The notes beneath the pieces were generated by a model. The model was given only the letters and a program-made list of their open reading frames with translations. It was not told the DNA's origin and did no database searches. The translations under genes were made by a program, and so were the position numbers. This document shows positions 61,801-64,000 of a stretch of DNA of 64,000 nt, piece by piece. This DNA comes from the human T2T-CHM13v2.0 reference genome, Homo sapiens. The stretch is taken from the NCBI RefSeq assembly GCF_009914755.1, contig NC_060936.1, one strand, 5' to 3'. How positions within the stretch are numbered: position 1 is the first letter of the stretch; the number at the start of each line of letters is the position of its first letter.

Positions 61801-64000
61801 GATTCTGTCTAGTTTTTATACGAAGATGTTTCCTTTTCTACCTTTGGTCTCAAAGCGATTGAAATCTCCACATGGAAACTCCACAAAAAGAGTGTTTCAA
61901 ATCTGCTCTTTCTGAAGGAAGGTTCAACTCTGTGAGTTGAATACACACACCACAAATAAGTTACTGAGAATTCTTCTGTGTAACATTATATGAGGAAATC
62001 CCGTTTCCAACGAAGGCCTCAAAGAGGTCCAAATATCCACTTGCAGACTTTACAAAGACAGTGTCTCCAAACTCCTCCATCAAAAGAAAGGTTATACTCT
62101 GTGAATTGAACGCACACATCACAAAGTAGTTTCTGAGAATGATTCTGTCTAGTTTTTATACGAAGATATTTCCTTTTCTACATTTGGCCTAAAAGCGCTT
62201 GAAATCTCCACCTGCAAATATCACAAAAAGAGGGTTTCACATCTGCTCTGTCTAAAGGACAGTTCACCTCTGTGAGTTGAATAGAGGCAACACAAGGAAC
62301 TTACTCAGTATTCTTCTTTCTAGCATTCTATGAAGAAATCCCGTTTCCAACGAAGGCCCCAAAGAGATCCAAATATCTGCTTGCAGACTTTACAGACAGA
62401 GTTTTTCCAAACTGCTCCATCAAAAGAAAGGTTAAACTCCTTGAGTTGAACACACACATCACAAAGTAGTTTCTGTGAATGATTCTGTCTAGTTTTTATA
62501 AGAAGATGTTTCCTTTTCTACCTTTGGTCTCAAAGCGATTGAAATCTCCACATGGAAACTCCTCAAAAAGAGTGTTTCAAATCTGCTCTTTCTGAAGGAA
62601 GGTTCAACTCTGTGAGTTGAATACACACACCACAAATAAGTTACTGAGAATTCTTCTGTGTAACATTATATGAGGAAATCCCGTTTCCATCGAAGGCCTC
62701 AAAGAGGTCCAAATATCCACTTGCAGACTTTACAAAGACAGTGTCTCCAAACTCCTCCATCAAAAGAAAGGTTATACTCTGTGAATTGAACGCACACATC
62801 ACAAAGTAGTTTCTGAGAATGATTCTGTCTAGTTTTTATACGAAGATATTTCCTTTTCTACATTTGGCCTAAAAGCGCTTGAAATCTCCACCTGCAAATA
62901 TCACAAAAAGAGGGTTTCACATCTGCTCTGTCTAAAGGACAGTTCACCTCTGTGAGTTGAATAGAGGCAACACAAAGAACTTACTCAGTATTCTTCTTTC
63001 TAGCATTCTATGAAGAAATCCCGTTTCCAACGAAGGCCTCAAAGAGGTCAAATATCTGCTTGCAGACTTTACAGACAGAGTGTTTCCAAACTACTCGATG
63101 AAAAGAAAGCTTAAACTCCTTGAGTTGAACGCACACATCACAAAGTAGTTTCTGAGAATGATTCTGTCTAGTTTTTATACGAAGATGTTTCCTTTTCTAC
63201 ATTTGGTCTGAAAGCGATTGAAATCTCCAACTGGAAACTGCACAAATAGGCTGTTTCAAATCTGCTCTGTCTAAAGGAAGGTTCAGCTCTGTGAGTTGAA
63301 TACACACACCACAAATAAGTTACTGAGAATTCTTCTGTCGAACATTACAGGAAGAAATCCCGTTTCCAATGAAGGCCTCAAAGAGGTCCAAATATCCACT
63401 TGCGGACATTACAAACAGTGTGTTTCCCAACTGCTCCATCAAAAGAAAGGTTAAACTCTGTGAGCTGAACACACACATCAAAAAGAAGTTTCTGTGAATG
63501 ATTCTGTCTAGATTTTATAAGAAGATGTTTCCTTTTCTACCGTAGGCCTCAAAGCGCTTGAAATCTCCAGCTGCAAATTCCACAAAAAGGGTGTTTAACA
63601 TCTGCTCTTCTAAAGGAAAGTTCAACTCTATGAGTTGAATACACACAGCACAAAGAAGTTACTGAGACTTCTCCTATCAAACATTATATGAAGAAATCCC
63701 GTTTCCAACGAAGACCTCAAAGAGGTCCAAATGTCTGCTTGCAGACTTTACAGACAGAGTGTTTCCAAACTGCTCCATCAAAAGAAAGGTTAAACTCCTT
63801 GAGTTGAACACACACATCACAAAGTAGTTTCTGTGAATGATTCTGTCTAGTTTTTATAAGAAGATGTTTCCTTTTCTACCTTTGGTCTCAAAGCGATTGA
63901 AATCTCCACATGGAAACTCCTCAAAAAGAGTGTTTCAAATCTGCTCTTTCTGAAGGAAGGTTCAACTCTGTGAGTTGAATACACACACCACAAATAAGTT

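Larger units (their letters stand above)
1..64000 (-). repeat. Alpha-satellite (alphoid) higher-order repeat array, suprachromosomal family 1 dimeric type, base 8-mer HOR of 1358 bp; most likely human chr12 D12Z3 (S1C12H1L)
   Basis: Continuous ~170-bp monomers and ~340-bp dimers starting 'ctgtctag' at 1, 341, 680, 1020, 1359 and so on. Typical alphoid motifs are present (gaatgattctgtctagttttt, tcaactctgtgagttgaa) and a CENP-B box occurs in alternate monomers. HOR copies are near-identical. Alpha-satellite identity is essentially certain. The chromosome assignment (about 0.7) rests on recalled features of D12Z3: an SF1 8-mer of ~1.35 kb with single PvuII (cagctg, dimer D) and HindIII (aagctt, dimer B) sites. 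Confidence 0.98.

Noticed and set aside
1-64000. CRISPR-like pattern of a constant motif (gaaatcccgtttccaacgaaggcctcaaagaggtc) recurring regularly
   Set aside because: The intervening ~300 bp are themselves homologous repeats rather than unique spacers, there are no cas genes, and the motif is the CENP-B box region.
1-64000. Transposon insertion (L1/Alu), inversion or non-satellite island
   Set aside because: The ~339-340 bp dimer register and single orientation hold from start to end, and I saw no foreign sequence, poly-A tail or strand switch.
1-64000. Assignment to other 8-mer arrays (chr10 D10Z1; SF2 chr14/22)
   Set aside because: The monomers look SF1 rather than SF2, and the single PvuII/HindIII sites fit D12Z3 better as I recall it. 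D10Z1 is not formally excluded without an HMM/BLAST search.

Overview
The whole 64 kb window is an uninterrupted primate (human-type) centromeric alpha-satellite higher-order repeat (HOR) array. It holds about 377 ~170-bp monomers arranged as ~340-bp dimers, all in one orientation. A CENP-B box (CTTCGTTGGAAACGGGA, on the - strand) sits in every second monomer. The base HOR is an 8-mer of 1358 bp made of four dimers, which I label A (1-340), B (341-679), C (680-1019) and D (1020-1358). The dimeric organisation is that of suprachromosomal family 1. The 8-mer with single PvuII and HindIII sites best fits the chromosome 12 live array D12Z3/S1C12H1L; this assignment is recalled, not searched. I see no genes, transposon insertions or inversions, and the listed ORFs are artefacts of 1-bp deletions in satellite. 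I found no new gene-encoded system. The information lies in array architecture: 4-mer and hybrid HOR variants, a cryptic re-assembled 1359-bp 8-mer, and nested duplications with offsets of 1698, 4755, 5431, 5433, 5435, 18342 and 19354/21392 bp traceable by shared SNPs. About eight CENP-B boxes carry core mutations. All coordinates and marker counts were read by eye and need confirming by alignment.
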